Below, in pieces: positions 12,813 through 25,396 of a stretch of 64,000 nucleotides of DNA. The notes below the pieces were generated by a model. The model saw only the letters and a list, made by a program, of their open reading frames with translations. It had not been told where the DNA came from and searched no databases. Position 1 is the stretch's first letter, and each line of letters starts with the position of its first letter. The position numbers were made by a program, and so were the translations under genes. This DNA is from the human T2T-CHM13v2.0 reference genome, Homo sapiens: NCBI RefSeq assembly GCF_009914755.1, contig NC_060925.1; one strand, written 5' to 3'.

Positions 12813-15800
12813 GTGTGTATTCAACTGACAGAGTTGAACTTTCATTTGGAGAGAGCAGATTTGAAACACTGTTTTTGTGGAATTTGCAAGTGGAGATTTC
12901 AAGCGCTTTGGGGCCAAAGGCAGAAAAGGAAATATCTTCGTATAAAAACTAGACAGAATCATTCTCAGAAACTGCTGCGTGATGTGTGCGTTCAACTCTC
13001 AGAGTTTAACTTTTCTTTTCATTCAGCGGTTTGGAAACACTCTGTTTGTAAAGTCTGCACGTGGATATTTTGACCACTTAGAGGCCTTCGTTGGAAACGG
13101 GTTTTTTTCATGTAAGGCTAGACAGAAGAATTCCCAGTAACTTCCTTGTGTTGTGTGCATTCAACTCACAGAGTTGAACGTTCCCTTAGACAGAGCAGAT
13201 TTGAAACACTCTATTTGTGCAATTTCCAAGTGTAGATTTCAAGCGCTTTAAGGTCAACGGCAGAAAAGGAAATATCTTCGTTTCAAAACTAGACAGAATC
13301 ATTCCCACAAACTGCGTTGTGATGTGTTCGTTCAACTCACAGAGTTTAACCTTTCTGTTCATAGAGCAGTTAGGAAACACTCTGTTTGTAAAGTCTGTAA
13401 GTGGATATTCTGACATCTTGTGGCCTTCGTTGGAAACGGGATTTCTTCATATTCTGCTAGACAGAAGAATTCTCAGTAACTTCCTTGTGTTGTGTGTATT
13501 CAACTCACAGAGTTGAACGATCCTTTACACAGAGCAGACTTGAAACACTCTTTTTGTGGAATTTGCAAGTGGAGATTTCAGCCGCTTTGATGTCAATGGT
13601 AGAAAAGGAAACTATCTTCATATAAAGACTAGACAGAATGATTCTCAGAAAATCTTTTGTGATGTGTGCGTTTAACTCACAGAGTTTAACTTTTCTTCTC
13701 ATAGAGCAGTTAGGAAACACTCTGTTTGTAAAGTCTGCAAGTGGATATTCAGACCTCTTTGAGGCCTTCGTTGGAAACGGGATTTCTTCATATTATGCTA
13801 GACAGAATAATTCTCAGTAACTTCCTTGTGTTGTGTGTATTCAACTCACAGAGTTGAAGGATCCTTTACAGAGAGCAGGCTTGAAACACTCTTTTTGTCG
13901 AATTTGCAAGTGGAGATTTCAGCCGCTTTGAGGTCAATGGTAGAATAGGAAATATCTTCTTATAGAAACTAGACAGAATGATTCTCATAAACTCCTTTGT
14001 GATGTGTGCGTTCAACTCACAGAGTTTAACCTTTCTTTTCATAGAGCAGTTAGGAAACACTCTGTTTGAAAAGTCTGCAAGTGGATATTCAGACCTCCTT
14101 GAGGCCTTCGTTGGAAACGGGATTTCTTCATATTCTGCTAGACAGAAGAATTCTCAGTAACTTCCTTGTGTTGTGTTTATTCAACTCACAGAGTTGAATG
14201 ATCCTTTACACAGAGCAGACTTGAAACACTCTTTTTGTGGAATTTGCAAGTGGAGATTTCAGCCGCTTTGAGGTCAATGGTAGAAAAGTAAATATCTTCG
14301 TATAAAGACTAGACAGAATGATTCTCAGAAACTCCTTTGTGATGTGTGCGTTCAACTCACAGAGTTTAACCTTTCTGTTCATAGAGCAGTTAGGAAACAC
14401 TCTGTTTGTAAAGTCTGCAAGTGGATATTCAGACCTCCTTGAGGCCTTCGTTGGAAACGGGATTTCTTCATATTCTGCTAGACAGAAGAATTCTCAGTAA
14501 CTTCCTTGTGTTGTGTGTATTCAACTCACAGAGTTGAACGATCCTTTACACAGAGCAGACTTGAAACACTCTTTTTGTGGAATTTGCAAGTGGAGATTTC
14601 AGCCGCTTTGAGGTCAATAGTAGAAAAGGAAATAGCTTCGTAGAAAAACTAGACAGAATGATTCTCAGAAACTCCTTTGTGATGTGTGTGTTCAACTCAC
14701 AGAGTTTAACCTTTCTTTTCATAGAGCAGTTAGTAAACACTCTGTTTATAAAGTCTGCAAGTGGATATTCAGACCCCTTTGAGGCCTTCGTTGCAAACGG
14801 GATTTCTTCATATTATGCTAGACAGAAGAATTCTCAGTAACTTCCTTGTGTTGTGTGTATTCAACTGACAGAGTTGAACTTTCATTTGGAGAGAGCAGAT
14901 TTGAAACACTGTTTTTGTGGAATTTGCAAGTGGAGATTTCAAGCGCTTTGGGGCCAAAGGCAGAAAAGGAAATATCTTCGTATAAAAACTAGACAGAATC
15001 ATTCTCAGAAACTGCTGCGTGATGTGTGCGTTCAACTCTCAGAGTTTAACCTTTCTTTTCATTCAGCGGTTTGGAAACACTCTGTTTGTAAAGTCTGCAC
15101 GTGGATATTTTGACCCCTTAGAGGCCTTCGTTGGAAACGGGTTTTTTTCATGTAAGGCTAGACAGAAGAATTCCCAGTAACTTCCTTGTGTTGTGTGCAT
15201 TCAACTCACAGAGTTGAACGTTCCCTTAGACAGAGCAGATTTGAAACACTCTATTTGTGCAATTTGCAAGTGTAGATTTCAAGCGCTTTAAGGTCAACGG
15301 CAGAAAAGGAAATATCTTCGTTTCAAAACTAGACAGAATCATTCCCACAAACTGCGTTGTGATGTGTTCGTTCAACTCACAGAGTTTAACCTTTCTGTTC
15401 ATAGAGCAGTTAGGAAACACTCTGTTTGTAAAGTCTGTAAGTGGATATTCTGATATCTTGTGGCCTTCGTTGGAAACGGGATTTCTTCATATTCTGCTAG
15501 ACAGAAGAATTCTCAGTAACTTCCTTGTGTTGTGTGTATTCAACTCACAGAGTTGAATGATCCTTTACACAGAGCAGACTTGAAACACTCTTTTTGTGGA
15601 ATTTGCAAGTGGAGATTTCAGCCGCTTTGAGGTCAATGGTAGAAAAGGAAACTATCTTCATATAAAGACTAGACAGAATGATTCTCAGAAAATCTTTTGT
15701 GATGTGTGCGTTCAACTCACAGAGTTTAACTTTTCTTCTCATAGAGCAGTTAGGAAACACTCTGTTTGTAAAGTCTGCAAGTGGATATTCAGATCTGTTT

Positions 15801-18800
15801 GAGGCCTTCTTTGGAAACGGGATTTCTTCATATTATGCTAGACAGAATAATTCTCAGTAACTTCCTTGTGTTGTGTGTATTCAACTCACAGAGTTGAAGG
15901 ATCCTTTACAGAGAGCAGGCTTGAAACACTCTTTTTGTCGAATTTGCAAGTGGAGATTTCAGCCGCTTTGAGGTCAATGGTAGAATAGGAAATATCTTCT
16001 TATAGAAACTAGACAAAATGATTCTCATGAACTCCTTTGTGATGTGTGCGTTCAACTCACAGAGTTTAACCTTTCTTTTCATAGAGCAGTTAGGAAACAC
16101 TCTGTTTGTAAAGTCTGCAAGTGGATATTCAGACCTCCTTGAGGCCTTCGTTGGAAACGGGATTTCTTCATATTCTGCTAGACAGAAGAATTCTCAGTAA
16201 CTTCCTTGTGTTGTGTGTATTCAACTCACAGAGTTGAACGATCCTTTACACAGAGCAGACTTGAAACATTCTTTTTGTGGAATTTGCAAGTGGAGATTTC
16301 AGCCGCTTTGAGGTCAATGGTAGAATAGGAAATATCTTCCTATAGAAACTAGACAGAACGATTCTCAGAAACTCCTTTGTGATGTGTGCGTTCAACTCAC
16401 AGAGTTTAACCTTTCTTTTCATAGAGCAGTTAGGAAACACTCTGTTTGTAAAGTCTGCAAGTGGATATTCAGACCTCTTTGAGGCCTTCGTTGGAAACGG
16501 GATTTCTTCCTATTCTGCTAGACAGAAGAATTCTCAGTAACTTCCTTGTGTTGTGTGTATTCAACTCACAGAGTTGAACGATCCTTTACACAGAGCAGAC
16601 TTGAAACACTCTTTTTGTGGAATTTGCAAGTGGAGATTTCAGCCGCTTTGAGGTCAATAGTAGAAAAGGAAATATCTTCGTCGAAAAACTAGACAGAATG
16701 ATTCTCAGAAACTCCTTTGTGATGTGTGTGTTCAACTCACAGAGTTTAACCTTTCTTTTCATAGAGCAGTTAGTAAACACTCTGTTTATAAAGTCTGCAA
16801 GTGGATATTCAGACCCCTTTGAGGCCTTCGTTGGAAACGGGATTTCTTCATATTATGCTAGACAGAAGAATTCTCAGTAACTTCCTTGTGTTGTGTGTAT
16901 TCAACTGACAGAGTTGAACTTTCATTTGGAGAGAGCAGATTTGAAACACTGTTTTTGTGGAATTTGCAAGTGGAGATTTCAAGCGCTTTGGGGCCAAAGG
17001 CAGAAAAGGAAATATCTTCGTATAAAAACTAGACAGAATCATTCTCAGAAACTGCTGCGTGATGTGTGCGTTCAACTCTCAGAGTTTAACTTTTCTTTTC
17101 ATTCAGCGGTTTGGAAACACTCTGTTTGTAAAGTCTGCACGTGGATATTTTGACCACTTAGAGGCCTTCGTTGGAAACGGGTTTTTTTCATGTAAGGCTA
17201 GACAGAAGAATTCCCAGTAACTTCCTTGTGTTGTGTGCATTCAACTCACAGAGTTGAACGTTCCCTTAGACAGAGCAGATTTGAAACACTCTATTTGTGC
17301 AATTTCCAAGTGTAGATTTCAAGCGCTTTAAGGTCAACGGCAGAAAAGGAAATATCTTCGTTTCAAAACTAGACAGAATCATTCCCACAAACTGCGTTGT
17401 GATGTGTTCGTTCAACTCACAGAGTTTAACCTTTCTGTTCATAGAGCAGTTAGGAAACACTCTGTTTGTAAAGTCTGTAAGTGGATATTCTGACATCTTG
17501 TGGCCTTCGTTGGAAACGGGATTTCTTCATATTCTGCTAGACAGAAGAATTCTCAGTAACTTCCTTGTGTTGTGTGTATTCAACTCACAGAGTTGAACGA
17601 TCCTTTACACAGAGCAGACTTGAAACACTCTTTTTGTGGAATTTGCAAGTGGAGATTTCAGCCGCTTTGATGTCAATGGTAGAAAAGGAAACTATCTTCA
17701 TATAAAGACTAGACAGAATGATTCTCAGAAAATCTTTTGTGATGTGTGCGTTTAACTCACAGAGTTTAACTTTTCTTCTCATAGAGCAGTTAGGAAACAC
17801 TCTGTTTGTAAAGTCTGCAAGTGGATATTCAGACCTCTTTGAGGCCTTCGTTGGAAACGGGATTTCTTCATATTATGCTAGACAGAATAATTCTCAGTAA
17901 CTTCCTTGTGTTGTGTGTATTCAACTCACAGAGTTGAAGGATCCTTTACAGAGAGCAGGCTTGAAACACTCTTTTTGTCGAATTTGCAAGTGGAGATTTC
18001 AGCCGCTTTGAGGTCAATGGTAGAATAGGAAATTTCTTCTTATAGAAACTAGACAGAATGATTCTCATAAACTCCTTTGTGATGTGTGCGTTCAACTCAC
18101 AGAGTTTAACCTTTCTTTTCATAGAGCAGTTAGGAAACACTCTGTTTGAAAAGTCTGCAAGTGGATATTCAGACCTCCTTGAGGCCTTCGTTGGAAACGG
18201 GATTTCTTCATATTCTGCTAGACAGAAGAATTCTCAGTAACTTCCTTGTGTTGTGTTTATTCAACTCACAGAGTTGAATGATCCTTTACACAGAGCAGAC
18301 TTGAAACACTCTTTTTGTGGAATTTGCAAGTGGAGATTTCAGCCGCTTTGAGGTCAATGGTAGAAAAGTAAATATCTTCGTATAAAGACTAGACAGAATG
18401 ATTCTCAGAAACTCCTTTGTGATGTGTGCGTTCAACTCACAGAGTTTAACCTTTCTGTTCATAGAGCAGTTAGGAAACACTCTGTTTGTAAAGTCTGCAA
18501 GTGGATATTCAGACCTCCTTGAGGCCTTCGTTGGAAACGGGATTTCTTCATATTCTGCTAGACAGAAGAATTCTCAGTAACTTCCTTGTGTTGTGTGTAT
18601 TCAACTCACAGAGTTGAACGATCCTTTACACAGAGCAGACTTGAAACACTCTTTTTGTGGAATTTGCAAGTGGAGATTTCAGCCGCTTTGAGGTCAATAG
18701 TAGAAAAGGAAATAGCTTCGTAGAAAAACTAGACAGAATGATTCTCAGAAACTCCTTTGTGATGTGTGTGTTCAACTCACAGAGTTTAACCTTTCTTTTC

Positions 18801-21800
18801 ATAGAGCAGTTAGTAAACACTCTGTTTATAAAGTCTGCAAGTGGATATTCAGACCCCTTTGAGGCCTTCGTTGGAAACGGGATTTCTTCATATTATGCTA
18901 GACAGAAGAATTCTCAGTAACTTCCTTGTGTTGTGTGTATTCAACTGACAGAGTTGAACTTTCATTTGGAGAGAGCAGATTTGAAACACTGTTTTTGTGG
19001 AATTTGCAAGTGGAGATTTCAAGCGCTTTGGGGCCAAAGGCAGAAAAGGAAATATCTTCGTATAAAAACTAGACAGAATCATTCTCAGAAACTGCTGCGT
19101 GATGTGTGCGTTCAACTCTCAGAGTTTAACCTTTCTTTTCATTCAGCGGTTTGGAAACACTCTGTTTGTAAAGTCTGCACGTGGATATTTTGACCACTTA
19201 GAGGCCTTCGTTGGAAACGGGTTTTTTTCATGTAAGGCTAGACAGAAGAATTCCCAGTAACTTCCTTGTGTTGTGTGCATTCAACTCACAGAGTTGAACG
19301 TTCCCTTAGACAGAGCAGATTTGAAACACTCTATTTGTGCAATTTGCAAGTGTAGATTTCAAGCGCTTTAAGGTCAACGGCAGAAAAGGAAATATCTTCG
19401 TTTCAAAACTAGACAGAATCATTCCCACAAACTGCGTTGTGATGTGTTCGTTCAACTCACAGAGTTTAACCTTTCTGTTCATAGAGCAGTTAGGAAACAC
19501 TCTGTTTGTAAAGTCTGTAAGTGGATATTCTGATATCTTGTGGCCTTCGTTGGAAACGGGATTTCTTCATATTCTGCTAGACAGAAGAATTCTCAGTAAC
19601 TTCCTTGTGTTGTGTGTATTCAACTCACAGAGTTGAATGATCCTTTACACAGAGCAGACTTGAAACACTCTTTTTGTGGAATTTGCAAGTGGAGATTTCA
19701 GCCGCTTTGAGGTCAATGGTAGAAAAGGAAACTATCTTCATATAAAGACTAGACAGAATGATTCTCAGAAAATCTTTTGTGATGTGTGCGTTCAACTCAC
19801 AGAGTTTAACTTTTCTTCTCATAGAGCAGTTAGGAAACACTCTGTTTGTAAAGTCTGCAAGTGGATATTCAGACCTGTTTGAGGCCTTCGTTGGAAACGG
19901 GATTTCTTCATATTATGCTAGACAGAATAATTCTCAGTAATTTCCTTGTGTTGTGTGTATTCAACTCACAGAGTTGAAGGATCCTTTACAGAGAGCAGGC
20001 TTGAAACACTCTTTTTGTCGAATTTGCAAGTGGAGATTTCAGCCGCTTTGAGGTCAATGGTAGAATAGGAAATATCTTCTTATAGAAACTAGACAAAATG
20101 ATTCTCATGAATTCCTTTGTGATGTGTGCGTTCAACTCACAGAGTTTAACCTTTCTTTTCATAGAGCAGTTAGGAAACACTCTGTTTGTAAAGTCTGCAA
20201 GTGGATATTCAGACCTCCTTGAGGCCTTCGTTGGAAACGGGATTTCTTCATATTCTGCTAGACAGAAGAATTCTCAGTAACTTCCTTGTGTTGTGTGTAT
20301 TCAACTCACAGAGTTGAACGATCCTTTACACAGAGCAGACTTGAAACATTCTTTTTGTGGAATTTGCAAGTGCAGATTTCAGCCGCTTTGAGGTCAATGG
20401 TAGAATAGGAAATATCTTCCTATAGAAACTAGACAGAACGATTCTCAGAAACTCCTTTGTGATGTGTGCGTTCAACTCACAGAGTTTAACCTTTCTTTTC
20501 ATAGAGCAGTTAGGAAACACTCTGTTTGTAAAGTCTGCAAGTGGATATTCAGACCTCTTTGAGGCCTTCGTTGGAAACGGGATTTCTTCATATTCTGCTA
20601 GACAGAAGAATTCTCAGTAACTTCCTTGTGTTGTGTGTATTCAACTCACAGAGTTGAACGATCCTTTACACAGAGCAGACTTGAAACACTCTTTTTGTGG
20701 AATTTGCAAGTGGAGATTTCAGCCGCTTTGAGGTCAATAGTAGAAAAGGAAATATCTTCGTAGAAAAACTAGACAGAATGATTCTCAGAAACTCCTTTGT
20801 GATGTGTGTGTTCAACTCACAGAGTTTAACCTTTCTTTTCATAGAGCAGTTAGTAAACACTCTGTTTATAAAGTCTGCAAGTGGATATTCAGACCCCTTT
20901 GAGGCCTTCGTTGGAAACGGGATTTCTTCATATTATGCTAGACAGAAGAATTCTCAGTAACTTCCTTGTGTTGTGTGTATTCAACCGACAGAGTTGAACT
21001 TTCATTTGGAGAGAGCAGATTTGAAACACTGTTTTTGTGGAATTTGCAAGTGGAGATTTCAAGCGCTTTGGGGTCAAAGGCAGAAAAGGAAATATCTTCG
21101 TATAAAAACTAGACAGAATCATTCTCAGAAACTGCTGCGTGATGTGTGCGTTCAACTCTCAGAGTTTAACTTTTCTTTTCATTCAGCGGTTTGGAAACAC
21201 TCTGTTTGTAAAGTCTGCACGTGGATATTTTGACCACTTAGAGGCCTTCGTTGGAAACGGGTTTTTTTCATGTAAGGCTAGACAGAAGAATTCCCAGTAA
21301 CTTCCTTGTGTTGTGTGCATTCAACTCACAGAGTTGAACGTTCCCTTAGACAGAGCAGATTTGAAACACTCTATTTGTGCAATTTGCAAGTGTAGATTTC
21401 AAGCGCTTTAAGGTCAACGGCAGAAAAGGAAATATCTTCGTTTCAAAACTAGACAGAATCATTCCCACAAACTGCGTTGTGATGTGTTCGTTCAACTCAC
21501 AGAGTTTAACCTTTCTGTTCATAGAGCAGTTAGGAAACACTCTGTTTGTAAAGTCTGTAAGTGGATATTCAGACCTCTTTGAGGCCTTCGTTGGAAACGG
21601 GATTTCTTCATATTATGCTAGACAGAATAATTCTCAGTAACTTCCTTGTGTTGTGTGTATTCAACTCACAGAGTTGAAGGATCCTTTACAGAGAGCAGGC
21701 TTGAAACACTCTTTTTGTCGAATTTGCAAGTGGAGATTTCAGCCGCTTTGAGGTCAATGGTAGAATAGGAAATATCTTCTTATAGAAACTAGACAGAATG

Positions 21801-24800
21801 ATTCTCATAAACTCCTTTGTGATGTGTGCGTTCAACTCACAGAGTTTAACCTTTCTTTTCATAGAGCAGTTAGGAAACACTCTGTTTGAAAAGTCTGCAA
21901 GTGGATATTCAGACCCCCTTGAGGCCTTCGTTGGAAACGGGATTTCTTCATATTCTGCTAGACAGAAGAATTCTCAGTAACTTCCTTGTGTTGTGTTTAT
22001 TCAACTCACAGAGTTGAATGATCCTTTACACAGAGCAGACTTGAAACACTCTTTTTGTGGAATTTGCAAGTGGAGATTTCAGCCGCTTTGAGGTCAATGG
22101 TAGAAAAGGAAACTATCTTCATATAAAGACTAGACAGAATGATTCTCAGAAAATCTTTTGTGATGTGTGCGTTCAACTCACAGAGTTTAACTTTTCTTCT
22201 CATAGAGCAGTTAGGAAACACTCTGTTTGTAAAGTCTGCAAGTGGATATTCAGACCTCTTTGAGGCCTTCGTTGGAAACGGGATTTCTTCATATTATGCT
22301 AGACAGAATAATTCTCAGTAACTTCCTTGTGTTGTGTGTATTCAACTCACAGAGTTGAAGGATCCTTTACAGAGAGCAGGCTTGAAACACTCTTTTTGTC
22401 GAATTTGCAAGTGGAGATTTCAGCCGCTTTGAGGTCAATGGTAGAATAGGAAATATCTTCTTATAGAAACTAGACAGAATGATTCTCATAAACTCCTTTG
22501 TGATGTGTGCGTTCAACTCACAGAGTTTAACCTTTCTTTTCATAGAGCAGTTAGGAAACACTCTGTTTGAAAAGTCTGCAAGTGGATATTCAGACCTCCT
22601 TGAGGCCTTCGTTGGAAACGGGATTTCTTCATATTCTGCTAGACAGAAGAATTCTCAGTAACTTCCTTGTGTTGTGTTTATTCAACTCACAGAGTTGAAT
22701 GATCCTTTACACAGAGCAGACTTGAAACACTCTTTTTGTGGAATTTGCAAGTGGAGATTTCAGCCGCTTTGAGGTCAACGGTAGAAAAGTAAATATCTTC
22801 GTATAAAGACTAGACAGAATGATTCTCAGAAACTCCTTTGTGATGTGTGCGTTCAACTCACAGAGTTTAACCTTTCTGTTCATAGAGCAGTTAGGAAACA
22901 CTCTGTTTGTAAAGTCTGCAAGTGGATATTCAGACCTCCTTGAGGCCTTCGTTGGAAACGGGATTTCTTCATATTCTGCTAGACAGAAGAATTCTCAGTA
23001 ACTTCCTTGTGTTGTGTGTATTCAACTCACAGAGTTGAACGATCCTTTACACAGAGCAGACTTGAAACACTCTTTTTGTGGAATTTGCAAGTGGAGATTT
23101 CAGCCGCTTTGAGGTCAATAGTAGAAAAGGAAATATCTTCGTAGAAAAACTAGACAGAATGATTCTCAGAAACTCCTTTGTGATGTGTGTGTTCAACTCA
23201 CAGAGTTTAACCTTTCTTTTCATAGAGCAGTTAGTAAACACTCTGTTTATAAAGTCTGCAAGTGGATATTCAGACCCCTTTGAGGCCTTCGTTGGAAACG
23301 GGATTTCTTCATATTATGCTAGACAGAAGAATTCTCAGTAACTTCCTTGTGTTGTGTGTATTCAACTGACAGAGTTGAACTTTCATTTAGAGAGAGCAGA
23401 TTTGAAACACTGTTTTTGTGGAATTTGCAAGTGGAGATTTCAAGCGCTTTGGGGCCAAAGGCAGAAAAGGAAATATCTTCGTATAAAAACTAGACAGAAT
23501 CATTCTCAGAAACTGCTGCGTGATGTGTGCGTTCAACTCTCAGAGTTTAACTTTTCTTTTCATTCAGCGGTTTGGAAACACTATGTTTGTAAAGTCTGCA
23601 CGTGGATATTTTGACCACTTAGAGGCCTTCGTTGGAAACGGGTTTTCTTCATGTAAGGCTAGACAGAAGAATTCCCAGTAACTTCCTTGTGTTGTGTGCA
23701 TTCAACTCACAGAGTTGAACGTTCCCTTAGACAGAGCAGATTTGAAACACTCTATTTCTGCAATTTGTAGTGTAGATTTCAAGCGTTTTAAGGTCAATGG
23801 CAGAAAAGGAAATTTCTTCGTTTCAAAACTAGACAGAATCATTCCCACAAACTGCGTTGTGATGTGTTCGTTCAACTCACAGAGTTTAACCTTTCTGTTC
23901 ATAGAGCAGTTAGGAAACACTCTGTTTGTAAAGTCTGCAAGTGGATATTCAGACCTCCTTGAGGCCTTCGTTGGAAACGGGATTTCTTCATATTCTGCTA
24001 GACAGAAGAATTCTCAGTAACTTCCTTGTGTTGTGTGTATTCAACTCACAGAGTTGAACGATCCTTTACACAGAGCAGACTTGAAACACTCTTTTTGTGG
24101 AATTTGCAAGTGGAGATTTCAGCCGCATAGAGGTCAATGGTAGAAAAGGAAATATCTTCGTATAAAGTCTAGACAGAATGATTCTCAGAAACTCCTTTGT
24201 GGTGTGTGCGTTCAACTCACAGAGTTTAACTTTTCTTTTCATAGAGCAGTTAGGAAACACTCTGTTTGTAAAGTCTGCAAGTGGATATTCAGACCTCTTT
24301 GAGGCCTTCGTTGGAAACGGGTTTTCTTCATATTCTGCTAGACAGAATAATTCTCACTAACTTCCTTGTGTTGTGTGTATTCAACTCACAGAGTTGAACG
24401 ATCCTTTACACAGAGCAGACTTGAAACATTCTTTTTGTGGAATTTGCAAGTGGAGATTTCAGCCGCTTTGAGGTCAATGGTAGAATAGGAAATATCTTCC
24501 TATAGAAACTAGACAGAACGATTCTCAGAAACTCCTTTGTGATGTGTGCGTTCAACTCACAGAGTTTAACCTTTCTTTTCATAGAGCAGTTAGGAAACAC
24601 TCTGTTTGTAAAGTCTGCAAGTGGATATTCAGACCTCTTTGAGGCCTTCGTTGGAAACGGGATTTCTTCCTATTCTGCTAGACAGAAGAATTCTCAGTAA
24701 CTTCCTTGTGTTGTGTGTATTCAACTCACAGAGTTGAACGATCCTTTACACAGAGCAGACTTGAAACACTCTTTTTGTGGAATTTGCAATTGGAGATTTC

Positions 24801-25150
24801 AGCCGCTTTGAGGTCAATAATAGAAAAGGTAATATCTTCTTAGAAAAACTAGACAGAATGATTCTCAGAAACTCCTTTGTGATGTGTGTGTTCAACTCAC
24901 AGAGTTTAACCTTTCTTTTCATAGAGCAGTTAGTAAACACTCTGTTTATAAAGTCTGCAAGTGGATATTCAGACCCCTTTGAGGCCTTCGTTGGAAACGG
25001 GATTTCTTCATATTATGCTAGACAGAAGAATTCTCAGTAACTTCCTTGTGTTGTGTGTATTCAACTGACAGAGTTGAACTTTCATTTAGAGAGAGCAGAT
25101 TTGAAACACTGTTTTTGTGGAATTTACAAGTGGAGATTTCAAGCGCTTTG

Positions 25151-25165
25151 GGGCCAAAACTAGAC
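25151..25165 (+). other. 29-bp deletion junction in an F dimer
   Basis: gggccaaaactagac versus normal gggccaaaggcagaaaaggaaatatcttcgtataaaaactagac. E-to-G spacing is 651 bp instead of 680. Confidence 0.95.
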
Positions 25166-25396
25166 AGAATCATTCTCAGAAACTGCTGCGTGATGTGTGC
25201 GTTCAACTCTCAGAGTTTAACTTTTCTTTTCATTCAGCGGTTTGGAAACACTCTGTTTGTAAAGTCTGCACGTGGATATTTTGACCACTTAGAGGCCTTC
25301 GTTGGAAACGGGTTTTTTTCATGTAAGGCTAGACAGAAGAATTCCCAGTAACTTCCTTGTGTTGTGTGCATTCAACTCACAGAGTTGAACGTTCCC

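Larger units (their letters stand above)
1..21560 (+). repeat. Domain of alternating 12-mers forming a 4080-bp (24-mer) super-HOR: ABCEFG / AB'DEFG
   Basis: C dimers at 607, 4687, 10466, 14206, 18286 alternate with D dimers at 2647, 6727, 16246, 20326. Linked SNVs follow the same phase. Interrupted by two 10-mers. Confidence 0.88.
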
